Positions 1-12,282 of a stretch of DNA of 64,000 nucleotides are shown in pieces. The stretch's first letter is position 1; each line of letters opens with the position of its first letter. The translations under genes were made by a program, and so were the position numbers. Under the pieces are notes generated by a model, which was given only the letters and a program-made list of their open reading frames with translations, was not told where the DNA came from and searched no databases. This stretch comes from Trichoplax adhaerens (taxonomy: Eukaryota > Animalia > Placozoa). The stretch is from positions 1,171,199 through 1,235,198 of the forward strand of contig NW_002060947.1 in NCBI RefSeq assembly GCF_000150275.1. Direction: 5' to 3'.

Positions 1-3000
1 TTTGATACCAATTAAGATGCTATTCTGGTAAATTAAAGGCAGATGATTCCATGTCAGGTTAATCATAGAACCTGGGTAAACACCTCGAACAGCAGTCAAG
101 TTTAATGGCGCGATACCAGGTACTGTAAAAATAATGATGAGCAAATAAGATTATTAAAGTTTAATTTACTAAAACTTTATTGATAATTTTTAGCAATTTA
201 AGATTCAAATATTTCTAAAAGTATGCCTTAATTCACTCTAGGTATGCAAGATTACATATGAATTCATTACGGCTGTAATGGTCCATATTAAAAGAACTTA
301 TAACAAGTCAATGGAATCCTATTTTGATACCCTTTTATAAGATGTAAGTTAGAAGATTATTATCCGAAATTCAGTTGTCAGAAATTATTCTGCTAATGCA
401 ATTTTATTTTTTGCCTACGACCTATACAACCTAATGGTGGCTTTAGATTTTAAGGTTCAAACGCCTGAACCTCTACTAAATTAATTATCTTATGAAGTTA
501 GCCAAGCGTAAACATAACAATTACAAAATTTCAGAATTGTGTACGAGATCGATCAAATAATAAATTATCCAGAATCGGCTTACTCTATACATTATTCGAT
601 AAAGGCAAAAGCAATTCGATCTAACGTATGTGGATATGCAAAATCGCATTTTCAGTAGGTAAAGATGTCATTTGCTAGGGATTATACTATCATATCAATA
701 TTGTAGATTGAAATCATTATTTAATACAGTTTAGTCAATATTGTATATTAACACTGAAATAAATTGGTGTTGTAGAGCTATTAATTATAACGAGCATAAA
801 ACCGAGAAATCTGCTATTGTGACTATTATCAAAATAGTCAGTGAAGCCACATTTTGAAGCTAGCTAGCTGCCATGCAGAGAAATTCTCAAAGTAATCATA
901 GAAAATCATAGTAATTATGATTTTAATTTAGATTTGCATCAAGAAAATGATGCTTAGCTAATATATACAGGTAGATATGAAGATTGAAAATATTATAATA
1001 TCTATGGTCTAGTAAAAACTTTATTTACTGGATTTAAGTCTTGATTATAATTATATACAGAATTAACTGAAATTAATGTTTATTCTAGAGCTGCTTTACT
1101 CTTGGTATTATTAATTTTAAATTTGATTAGTAAGACCATTTTTAATAGATCTTTACATTTTAATCAAACCGCATAGAAATATTCGCATACCTGATTGTAG
1201 GGTATTAACATCGAATTCGATCGAACGAGGACTTGGGCCAGCTATAGTAAATGCTTGTAAAGATACTTTATAAGAGGAATAATATAATAGGTTACTGGCG
1301 GTCAGATTTTCATTCTTGCCAATCGTAGTGACTTCATTTACATTGATGGTTCGATTTTCAACCGTTCCAAATCGGGTATTTCTAAGTAGTAGGTAATAAC
1401 CAAGGATGATACCTCGACGATTTCTCGTTGATATCGTCTAGTTTTAAAAATATATTTAAAAGAATCATTCAGGTAGTAAGTAAAATTTGGCTATAGTATG
1501 GCTTCAAACCTGGAAATGCAAAGTTATTCCAAAACATCACAAGAAAAAATCAAAATTTCATTTACAATCGTTGAATAAGCAAACCTCCCACTCCATTCTA
1601 ATAGTATTATTGTTAACAAGAGAAACATTTTGTAGCAATGGCTGCACGCTTGGAACTGTAGGTAAAAAACATTTATGTTAGCACATTTAATGTAAAACTG
1701 ATATATCATAGTTATTCAAATTTTAAACTAGCTACTATCAATTTAAGATTTAATTTACCGGCTTGAAGTGTAGTAATAAATAAAGATGGGCTTTCAGGGC
1801 CATATCCAGCAGCTGTTGCGGCTTTAATTGTTATTTTATATTCCATGAATGGAATTAAATTATGCAATATAATGGAGGTATTCGCACTTTTTGTGATAGT
1901 GACGTTATTATGATTCCATTTACTGGAGTTGTATTTGATGCTGTAAGAAATGATAACACCTCCACGATCGGAAACTGGAGGTGGTAGCCATGTCAGATGA
2001 ATTGAAAATAAGGCTGGAATGCCATTTATTTTCTGCGAATAGCCTAATGGTGCTATAATATTATAAAATAATCCAAGATAAACATAAAATTTTCTGCTGA
2101 GTATTTGAATCGTCCAAGCAAGATAAAATATCAATATTTCTATTCTTACCTTGTATAAAATTTGTTCCGTTGACAATATCGCTATCGAATAAACTATATT
2201 TGATATTATACGGAATCACTTGATAGTAACGAGTAGAATTTCTCAATAGGCCATAAGTATAAGTATACGTGTCTGTTCCGTTGTAGAGAAAATTTAATCT
2301 TGTATCGGTTCCATTTATTGGATAAATGCTCCACTGATATACCAGATACCCAATTTTACCATTAGGGTATCTTGGAGGTTTCCATGTTATTTTAATTGTC
2401 GTTAAATTATAGCCAAGCGCATGTAAATTCTGAACTTGACCTTTTGGGTCTAGTTCATCAATAGTTGCAGGAAAAATGCATTGGAGAAAAAATGGTTAAA
2501 AATATGCTAAACGTCCTTATGTGTGTACTAAATCTTCATAAATGTTTCTTTGAGTAATTATGAACTCATAAAAGTACGTCATAGACAGCAATATTTTACT
2601 TTTCTGAACATGCACGATGCAAAATTTGTTACATATTTTATATTTGCAAAACAATTTAATTTATAAAATTACAGTACTTTTAATTTGCTAAGAAATTTAA
2701 TTCCTTAATTGAATATTAAATATACAATATCTTTTTATAGAAAGCTAAATTTAAATAGAATGGATGACTTTTTGACATTCTTTAGTAATTTAGATGAGGT
2801 CTATTTATTCAAGATTGCAAATTAATTTTCTAGATTTTACGTTGTAAATGATAACAATTTATCATACCGCCAAAGTTGAAAAAATTGCATAATAGTTACA
2901 CCATGTACACCTATGTTATAAAATATTATTACACATTACGATCATCAATTTAATGCTTTACTTACAGAATTCATCGGTCCACACTTTAATAAATTGAGAA

Positions 3001-5924
3001 AGACTTTCTCCAACGATATTATTCGCCTCGATCGCCAAGTAATAAATTGTATAGGGTGTTAAGTTTGAATAATATGTAGCGGTATTTTCAATAATGCATC
3101 CATCACGGATATAACTGAATTGACAAGGATGTTTTAGAGTTGTATTTCGATAATTAAGTAGACGGACTGTGTAATTCGTAATCGGTTGGCGCCCATCAAA
3201 TTCGGGAGGAAGCCATGAAATATTTAAGCCAAACGACGTAATATTGCGTACTTCGACATTTCTGACTGGATCAGGTGGCCCTTTAACAGATATAGGGTTT
3301 GCATAAGGTATTGAAATAGCAAGACCAATTATTAACTTAGATAAGTAGTAATTTCATTCTTTCGATAAAGAGCCCCTTAGTTAACTTTGACATATGAAAT
3401 AACAAATTAGAAAGTAATATAGCAAATATTATAGTTTGTTTACAACATGCAGTTTAATTATTAGATTCTAACATTGCAAAAATTGTAATCGATAAAGGCT
3501 AATAAAATTTGGTGTGATTAACAACGGTTATCATGCGGTGCTAACTGACTATTACTATGAACGAAAGCCTCTCTTTCAGTTTCAATTCTTGGAATCTTTT
3601 AATTGCATTTATACTTTATTTACTATGATAGTAATATTAATCTTTGTCTGATTGACAGTATGGTTTCGTTTCAGTTACTTACGAAAAACGAAAACGTTTG
3701 CAATTTTACTGATTGCATTGCCCACATCATTAGTATACTTGCACTGATATTGTCCTTCATCATTTGCATCTGCACGAAGAAAATTATATCTGCCATAGAG
3801 ATGAAAGTCTTTTAAGTGCGTCCCGTTTATATCAGCTTCAAGATCTATTCCATTTTTTAGCCAAATTATGATGGGTTCAGGTGAAGCAGTTGCATTGCAT
3901 TCCAAAAAACCATTTTTATCTTCCGTTATATTAATACTTCGCGGTTGTTGGACAATCCTAGGAGCATCTGCAAATATCGATAATTACAAAGTTAAGCAGA
4001 ATTGAATTAAGTTAGTGTCAGAAAACTGACAGTAAGTTTCGAGTTTTAGGATGTTACCCATTACTGCTATCCTAATTTATACATAATTGATACCCCCCTC
4101 CTAATTTTTTTGATACGTAGTAAGAAACATGAATAATTATATTACTTAAGACTAAAACCAATGTCGGTATATCACTGAAGAACGACAAGTTCATCTCTGT
4201 GAATAAGATATGATGATCCAAGAATTATCGCATAGTAAAAGCAAATATAAACGATCTATTGAGGAATTTGGTAGTTGATATTAGCTTAGAATATTAGTAA
4301 AGAAAGTTATTGATTCTCTAATTTTTAGCACGCGGATAGTATTGCTATCATGAAGTAGTCGTGATTGAAGTAGTAAATGCCGTGTGTGATGAATATGAGA
4401 TGGCAATGAATTTGTACTTACATCGAGCAGTAAAATTTAATTTTATTCCAGCTAATAAGCCATAAGCTGTGGCTTGGCCATATCCATATTGAGTAACACC
4501 AAAAGTAGCGCTATTGTTAATGTGATGGAGAATATGCCGGCCAGGTTTTATTGCTATTGCAGTGTAAAGATAATTTATAGATGAGTCATTTACAGTCGTA
4601 TTTATAAAAATTTCTTTCCACTGTAAACTTTTCATGATGACTCCATCCAATAACAATCCGTCTTTATAAATCGTTGAAATATAGATATTCAAATAAAGCC
4701 GATCTATATTATAACTACTCTCTGATGGTAAAGTGCTCAGGACATATTCTGATCTATATTGTTCCATATCAGCAACTATAACCATCATTGAATCGGTTAA
4801 GACATTATCGGTTCGAAAGCCCTTATTAAAATGAGCTACGAGACATTCTTGACTACAACTGAGATAGGTATTGTTGCTACCTATGATATCAAATTCAATA
4901 AATGATCCCTGAGGCAGAGTTAAGTTTTGCTGGATAGTGTTTATCCAAACCGTAGTTATATTGGGTGATGCAGCTACAACACGATAAATATCGCCGAACT
5001 TTCTATCAGCAAAATTACCTAGGAGATAGTTTCTACCCAATTGACGAGTAGGTAGAAGTTGCTCTATCAGGAAATCGCAGTATTGTACACCCAAAGGGAT
5101 GGTAGTACATGGATTACCAGCAATAACTACTAAGTCGTGATTAGAATAGATGAGAGTGCCAGTTAAATCTTTAGTGGAACTAAAAAAGAATCCATGTTCA
5201 TGAGGAATGGCAACATGAAGCATTCGCTTTCTTGAGTAAGTTTGACCAAGGTACGACGTCTCACTCGGGAAACTAATAAAAATTTCAGTACTATTAATGT
5301 GAGCTAGTACTAAAAATTGTGATGCAATAGTAGGGGTGTACGTCGCAATAACATATTCTGGGCCCATAGCATTAGTAGGAAGGGCTAAATAACCATCACC
5401 ACTTAATGGGTGCATTTGATAAACGTCCACTTGGATATCATTATCTGAGGAAATTATAACACTTCTATTAGTCAATCCGACGTCCTTATTCAGAAGCTTT
5501 CGATCAAATATTACTTTTCTTGACGAATCAGCAGGAATAAAATAACTTGCTTTACTTTTATCGAATAAATTGAAAATGCTAACGTTAGCAGCCTCCGTTA
5601 AAGTATTGATAATCGCAATTGATTCAAATTGATAATTTGGCGATCCATACAGTAGGCCGAGATGAAATTTACGTCCTCGATTGCCGCTTACTACGATTTT
5701 AGAATCTAATTACAAATTGTATAAACAATTTTTAGGTACGTTAACTTCAGTGTTGAAGGAATAATGCTAAATTTTGCATCCCATAGTGTTAAATACTGTA
5801 AATACAATGTTATTGTTAGACCGAAATGTCAAACGTGAAATAATTTTCTCATACCTGCAACACCAATTAATGGCAGAGTACTGCTGAGTAACATTATGAA
5901 CTTAATCAAAGTTGAAAATTCCAT
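1..5924 (-). CDS. 5' part of a multi-exon secreted/cell-surface protein: signal peptide + IgGFc-binding (FCGBP N-terminal)-like domain + Ig domain + at least 5 fibronectin type III repeats; continues past the left edge
   Basis: Exons spliced by eye with GT-AG ends and continuous frame: 5924-5855 (MEFSTLIKFIMLLSSTLPLIGVA, signal peptide), 5705-4422 (GNRGRKFHLG...DGYLALPTNAMGPEYV...CDFLIEQLLPTRQLGRNY...YGYGQATAYGLLAG), 3967-3683 (APRIVQQP..LECNATASPEPIIIWLKNG..DEGQYQC), FN3 exons 3280-2966, 2449-2150, 2052-1759, 1655-1585 plus 1437-1191, and 122 to the edge (W.PP, L.P...Y and AGYGP motifs). Many N-x-S/T sequons. Confidence 0.85.
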
Positions 5925-8479
5925 CACGCGGCATCAATCGGTGACTTATCTCAGGTATAGTTGGAGAATCCAACTATAAAATTAAAATAAATACAAAATT
6001 TATACTAGAACAACAGAAATCTCTTGCAATTTCTAGTGTGCAACACTTAACTTATTTTTATAACAGAGAAATTGGGTACTTTACTAATTATCCGTTTGCG
6101 TCTTAGATATAGATTGCTTACCTTAAGAAATAAAGTTTCTGTTAGTAAAAATTTGCTTCTCGGTGAAGATGTATACTTGTAATTAAGATGAGGTTTAAAA
6201 CACCGACTTCTAGGTCGTAAATATTCAAATCGGTGAAGGAAGATAACTGCTCGCTTCGATAAGTACTATACCAACATTAATCAAATATTGGAGTGGTAAA
6301 AACAATTTAGAACGTTGTAACTTAAGCAAAGTATTGTGATTAGCTATTTGAAATATGAGCGAAATTCGCTACTTTTTTAATAATTATCGTATAAGACCAA
6401 TATTATCTGCTCGACTTCAACATAAAACTCTCTATATTAAGCTATAGTACAAACAAAAATTATTGTGAAAGTCGCATTTAATAAGATTTATATCATTGAG
6501 GGTTTTCAAAAATAAAATAATGAATTAATTAAACGGTAAACTATCTACTATTTTCAAAATACGTAAGAAATACGATGAAATAAATCATGTCAAGATTTAT
6601 ACCGTAGATGCTACCGCAGATAGAAATGTTCTCAGGCTATGATTGTTTAGTCATTCAATCGTGTAAGTTGATACTACATATAAATGAAATTTGCTAATGT
6701 AATGGCAACTGCTATATTATAAGTCCCTCGAATATAATCGCTACCTATCAAGAAAGGTAAAAGTATTTTGAAAAACAAACAATTTTAATGTAACACCTGA
6801 ATTATTTCGAATTTGGCGAAATTTGAGTAATTGGTAAGTTTTACGCCTTGATCTAAAGTAATAAACGATTTATTCTATAATCTACAACTTTAAAAGTTTT
6901 GCGAATCAATGGATAAGCAAGTATTTATTTTATGTGTTAGATAGAATACAGTGATTAGCACTGTAAAGTTTCAAAATCGTCCGTATACGGCGGTGATCAA
7001 TTTCCTTCACTACTGTTATTCATTTCATTAAATCATTGCATTCGCTTACAATTATATTGAAAGATATCGGATAGATCATAACGATTATAAGCTTTTTAAT
7101 GCAATACACTTACAATTAACAGTAGTAATTTTGAAAAATCATTAATTCGCTATCTTTTTACCTTACTTTTTATGATTTTGCTATTAAAATCTTTTTCAGA
7201 GGTTATATTAAGAACGTCTCCTAGAAGAAAGAATTGTAAAGGTACCGTAAACTTGCAGTCGACGATGATGTTGTAAGAAAAATTGTCAAACTAAAAGTCG
7301 TTAATATATTAATACGAAGCAGTCGAGACAATAAGGTCCCTCGGGTATTACTAGTTATACAATCCTGTTTGCTATTATTTGTGAATAATTTAGTGAATGC
7401 ATAAAGTTCGCATTACGTATAGGTGGACAATAGTAGTTGGTAAGCGCCCCTCTGATCAATAAAAGAGTAAAGTATACAATAACTTTTATATCTTTTCTTC
7501 ATGGTTTCTTGGCCATCATCATATTTGATACAAAATAGTTTATCATCAGTTATTAAGAGCTTATACTAGTAATGGCAAACATCCTGCATGATTGCTGGTG
7601 AACATTTTTGATTTAAACACACCGTCTGTTTCGAAATATTGGTTATATAGTGGTTGATTTATACTTTCTATAGAATGATTGATTTGCCGTCAATGCTCTA
7701 TAACAATTACGGAGTATAACCTGGTTGCAGCAAATGCAGGAGGAATTTATAATGGAGATAGCAAAATTAGAATGTGTGTATCATCAGGTGGTTTTGGTGT
7801 TGTCCAGCATTACGATCATATAGTAGTGCAATTAGACTTGATTATTATTAGTAAACAATGATAAATAGTGGCAAACAATATGATTTAAAATTAGTCCATT
7901 AAAGACGAAGCGAAGGTATATAATAGAAATACTAAAAGGCCTGGGAAATATAAAGAAATTTATAGATGAATTCATGTTAAATGCATACTTTTCCAGTATA
8001 TTATATGGATGTATGTTAAAATGAGGAATGAGGGTACATATGTATTAGAGAAAAACTTCCCTTCGCTATCCTGATCCGATCCTGTCATGTAATGATCGGT
8101 CCCTAAGATACATTTAGTCAAGATATTGCGTGAACCAAAGAGGCAACATAAGAGCTTTCAATGGCTTTAAAGAGATTTCTAGACATTAAAAGTGTTTCTA
8201 TAAGTACAGTAGCAGTATGATAATTAACGCGACTTTCAGTTGTTTACAAGACTAAGGCAGTCAAAGCCCTCTTTCTTGTTCGCGTATCTCATTTTTATGT
8301 ATCGAATCGATCTGGCAAAATGAAGTAACTCCTATTGGAGGTCTTTTGCCATTAAGCTCCATTTCATAATTGTTATAACTTAACGTAGCCTACTAATTTA
8401 TCTTTTAACGAAGTGTTGGTCTTATCAACCTTCCACTAGGGACAGTAAAAAAAATGGCGATCAAGGCCTGCCAGCAAGT

Positions 8480-8566
8480 TTGCAAAGAACGCGTTTAGGA
8501 AGACAGACAGACAGATTTTAATTATTTCAGTAAATAAATTTTACTTTTCTTATAGAGGTAAAAAAT
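8480..8566 (+). mobile_element. Possible 3' remnant of a non-autonomous Helitron/HINE-like element: (GACA)3 microsatellite followed by a stem-loop
   Basis: GTTTAGGAAGACAGACAGACAGATTTTAATT followed by hairpin TTTTACTTTT-CTTAT-AGAGGTAAAA (with G-U pairs). Resemblance is architectural only; no second copy in the window. Confidence 0.2.
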
Positions 8567-9158
8567 TGTGGGCCTCAATAGCTTCCATACTTCCTACAGT
8601 ATAGGGCAGTATCCTGGATGTAGCAGACAGAGTAAGGAGCCAGAGAGCACTAAAGTAAACAAGATCAGTAAGTAGGGAAGAAGTAATTAATTGCGGTAAT
8701 TATGTGTGCTACCGTAGAACAGTTTATTCACATACAGTGCAGTAAGTATATCATTAATTAATTAAATAGTTGATGTAAGTGAAGCACTACGGATGCATTT
8801 TATCACATTAAAACTTATTTGTAACGTTTAGTTTAGTACCTATCATTATTGACCTAATACTACCAATCCAGATTAGAATTTTGGATCATCAAGTTCCTTC
8901 TTCTATTGCCTTAAGTTATAAATTATGTAATAGCAACGTAGCTATTGCCGTACCTTAATAACAGTCGTCTGTTGTCTTCCATTCACAGACGCACTATACT
9001 TGTTGCTTGAGATCAGAGATTTGTAGTATCGTCTGTTACGCTAGTACTCGTAGTCCAATATTGATACAGTTAATGAAACATTATTTATTAGTTATTATTA
9101 TTAGTGTTAGAACGAAAATTATAATCTTTTTTTCAATCTCATTTTGTATGGTAGAACT

Positions 9159-10661
9159 ATGGCTGAACTTCTCGGAATGGCGTGGTCATCGATTTTATTC
9201 GTCCAAATTATTTTGGTCTGCATAGTGAGCAGTGGCTTTCTCTTATGCTACAAGCTTTTCATTATTCCCTACGTAAAAATGAAGAAGATGAATTTAAAGG
9301 GTCCACCATTCAAGCCTTTAATCGGTAATCTACTCGATTATGGCATCACAAAACAACATATTGCTCAAATTAAGTTACGCGAAAAATACGGTGACATCTA
9401 TGGCACACAGTTTTTTCAAATACCCACTATTTGGATAGGTGATCCTGACATCTTAAAGATGGTTATGGTTAAAGAATTTTCAAACTTTCCTAATCGATAT
9501 TCCTTTGCTAAAGCATTAAATCCACTAGACAAAGGTTTGCCTGAACTAAAAGATCAGTCCTGGCACCGTATACGAAACGTTGTTCTTCCCACCTTTAGCT
9601 CGTCAAAACTGAAATTAATTTATCCTTACATCTGCGAGATGGGAAATCACTTGGTTGAGAGTTTAATTAGTAACGCTGATGGTAATGGTCGGGCCATAGA
9701 ATTTTGTCAACCTTGTTCCAAATTCACGATAGAAATTATTTTAGCTACAGCCTTCGGAATCGAAATTGACAATCTTGCGGAGAAAGAAAAGCTAACAAGA
9801 GCAACTAATATTGTGTTTGGCAGTCAACCAAGTGCTTTATTTTTACTTCTCTTTACATCAGTTCGGCTATTCAAGATGATTGAGCCTATCTTCGGAGAGG
9901 GCTTAGCATCCCTTGAATATATTACCAAAGTAACTACTAAGATTATCAAACAACGAAGAAGAAATATGGAAGCTGGTATTGAGTGTCGCAAAGATTTCTT
10001 ACAGCAAATCATTGAAGCAGGGGATCAGGACAAGCTTAATGATGATGAAATTGTAGGTCAAGCTTTCATATTTCTCACAGCTGGCTTTCACACTATTTCC
10101 AATACGTTATCGTTTGCTTGCTATCTGTTAGCTACAAACCCTGATAAGCAGCAAAAATTATACCAAGAAATTGAATCAATATTCTCAGCAGATCAAGACA
10201 TCGATTATGATACTTTATTTGAGCTCTCTTATTTAAATATGGTCGTTTTAGAGACAATGAGAATTTATCCTGCTGGATTTTTTATTAATCGTGATATTAA
10301 AGAAGATAAGACAATTAATGGTATTCATTTCGCTAAAGGTGCCATGCTAGCAGTACCAATTTATGCAATACATCACAATCCTAAATTATGGCCTGATCCA
10401 GATAAATTTATTCCGGAACGATTTACAGAGGAAGAAAAAGTTAAACGTCATCCATTCAGTTATATACCGTTTGGAGACGGTCCACGTAATTGCATTGGGA
10501 TGCGCTTAGCATTACTAGAAGTGAAATTAGCTGTAGCGAAAATTGTACAAAAAATGGAATTACTTACAACTGAAAAAACTGAAATCCCGCTTGAAATGGA
10601 AACTGGGACAAATCTCACTGCACCTAATGGCATCTATTTAGCCGTTCGAAAAAGACACTAA
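9159..10661 (+). CDS. Cytochrome P450, clan 3 (CYP3-like), intronless; atypical I-helix AGFHT
   Basis: First ATG at 9159 (the ORF track starts at an upstream TTG). N-terminal TM anchor, PPFKP hinge, WHRIR, AGFHTIS, ETMR, PERF and heme motif PFGDGPRNCIG. Confidence 0.95.
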   Translation: MAELLGMAWSSILFVQIILVCIVSSGFLLCYKLFIIPYVKMKKMNLKGPPFKPLIGNLLDYGITKQHIAQIKLREKYGDIYGTQFFQIPTIWIGDPDILKMVMVKEFSNFPNRYSFAKALNPLDKGLPELKDQSWHRIRNVVLPTFSSSKLKLIYPYICEMGNHLVESLISNADGNGRAIEFCQPCSKFTIEIILATAFGIEIDNLAEKEKLTRATNIVFGSQPSALFLLLFTSVRLFKMIEPIFGEGLASLEYITKVTTKIIKQRRRNMEAGIECRKDFLQQIIEAGDQDKLNDDEIVGQAFIFLTAGFHTISNTLSFACYLLATNPDKQQKLYQEIESIFSADQDIDYDTLFELSYLNMVVLETMRIYPAGFFINRDIKEDKTINGIHFAKGAMLAVPIYAIHHNPKLWPDPDKFIPERFTEEEKVKRHPFSYIPFGDGPRNCIGMRLALLEVKLAVAKIVQKMELLTTEKTEIPLEMETGTNLTAPNGIYLAVRKRH

Positions 10662-12282
10662 TGATAAGTTCCATATATCGTTGGATTCTCTATTCTTTGA
10701 GTGAGTTAGCAATGTACTTACAGATATTAATAACCGATTGTGTACCTCAAATGTAATTGGTAGAAATGCAACTGTTCATATGAATATTAAGGCTGGAGTA
10801 GTATCAAGTTGTGCACTATTTCAACAGAGATTTTAAATACTTTTGTATTTTAATAACATGGTGAATGTGAAATTTCTAACTAATTTCCTTAGAGTTTTAT
10901 CACTATAATAAGACTTTGACTGCTTAAAAGACAAGTTTTAGTAAAGGTATCACGGTATATTTGATATCTGATGATGTATGAGTAGAGTGAGAGTTTTCAC
11001 CATGCTATTTTGATTTGTGTCGGATTTGCTGTGCAAACTTAAAGCATTTCACCTAGATTACTTTTACATTAAGATTGAATTACTATCTAGCCTAACAGTA
11101 CGATGAACATTTGATGATAATCTAATTTTTTCTTGTTACTATTATAGAAACTTCTCAAATTTGTAAGAAACGAATAATATGAAGTTGCAAGCATAGGTTA
11201 TACTGTACATATGTGTTCGGTAAATCTCTAATACTTTATTGTGATGAAATCTTCAAGGAAATAAAACCACGTATGATCTATTTTGGTGTGTCGTCCACCA
11301 TTACAAAATAATTATTAAGAACGATTGTCAATAACTTAATTTATACATTTCTGTTAGCTTAGTAATTTCCGATAAAGACGCTTTCTCCAACAGTCTTGCT
11401 TGGTTTCAACCGTACAAAGTTTTCCTTAATTAATTTGATACTGTCTAAAAGCTTTACAGTTTAATCACACAGGGAAATTCTAGCTGCTTGAGCATAAAAA
11501 CTACTGTACACCTACGTTAAAAGCTCATTATTTATAGTGTATTTATACATATTAGAAAAATTATCCAAGTTACTTAGCCTTACATACTGCAGTTCAATTT
11601 ACTGTAATAGCTGTATTATATTCTGGCCTGCAGTACTTATGTCATAAATTTCACAATAAATATTTCTCCAGTAATTGCTTATGTTGTAATTGAAATAAAA
11701 CTATCAAAAAGGCTTATTGGTTTGCAACACTACTGTCTAATAAACACCAAAGGAAATTTATACAGGCTTGAAGCATAGAAAACAGTGTACTATATCGAAT
11801 TTGTTGAAAGACATCCTAGACTTTTACCAATTCTTATTATAAATACGTATTACTGTATTACATATTTCTGCTGATTAATACTTTCTCACTCCAACAGGCC
11901 TATAATTTACTGGCATATGCACTTCTAACGCAGAATTTCCTAGATTGATATTCTAGATTGAAATGTTAGGATTTTACGAAAACAAAACCGCTGCATGAAT
12001 AATAATGCTATAGTATCGAATAGATCATAACTCCTAAACTTCTGTTATAAGCGATCATTTATAACAGATATTATCAGCAGACGACTGTTGACCTTTATTT
12101 TATGCAATATCAAGCACAATCAAACAAATTTTCAAAATTAATATACATCAATTCCCATCTTATTGAACATACAGAAAAAGGATAACCATGCTCACATTTC
12201 TCATGCACAGTACCTTTACGCATTATCGTGGACATAGTAAGATATCTATGATCTACTGCTTTATACCGGTATTAAGTAATGG

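Noticed and set aside
7200-7900. Minus-strand hydrophobic peptide fragments vaguely like GPCR TM5-TM7, and the + ORF 7679-7861
   Set aside because: Many stops and no intact diagnostic motif (no DRY, CWxP or NPxxY); cannot be supported without a profile search.
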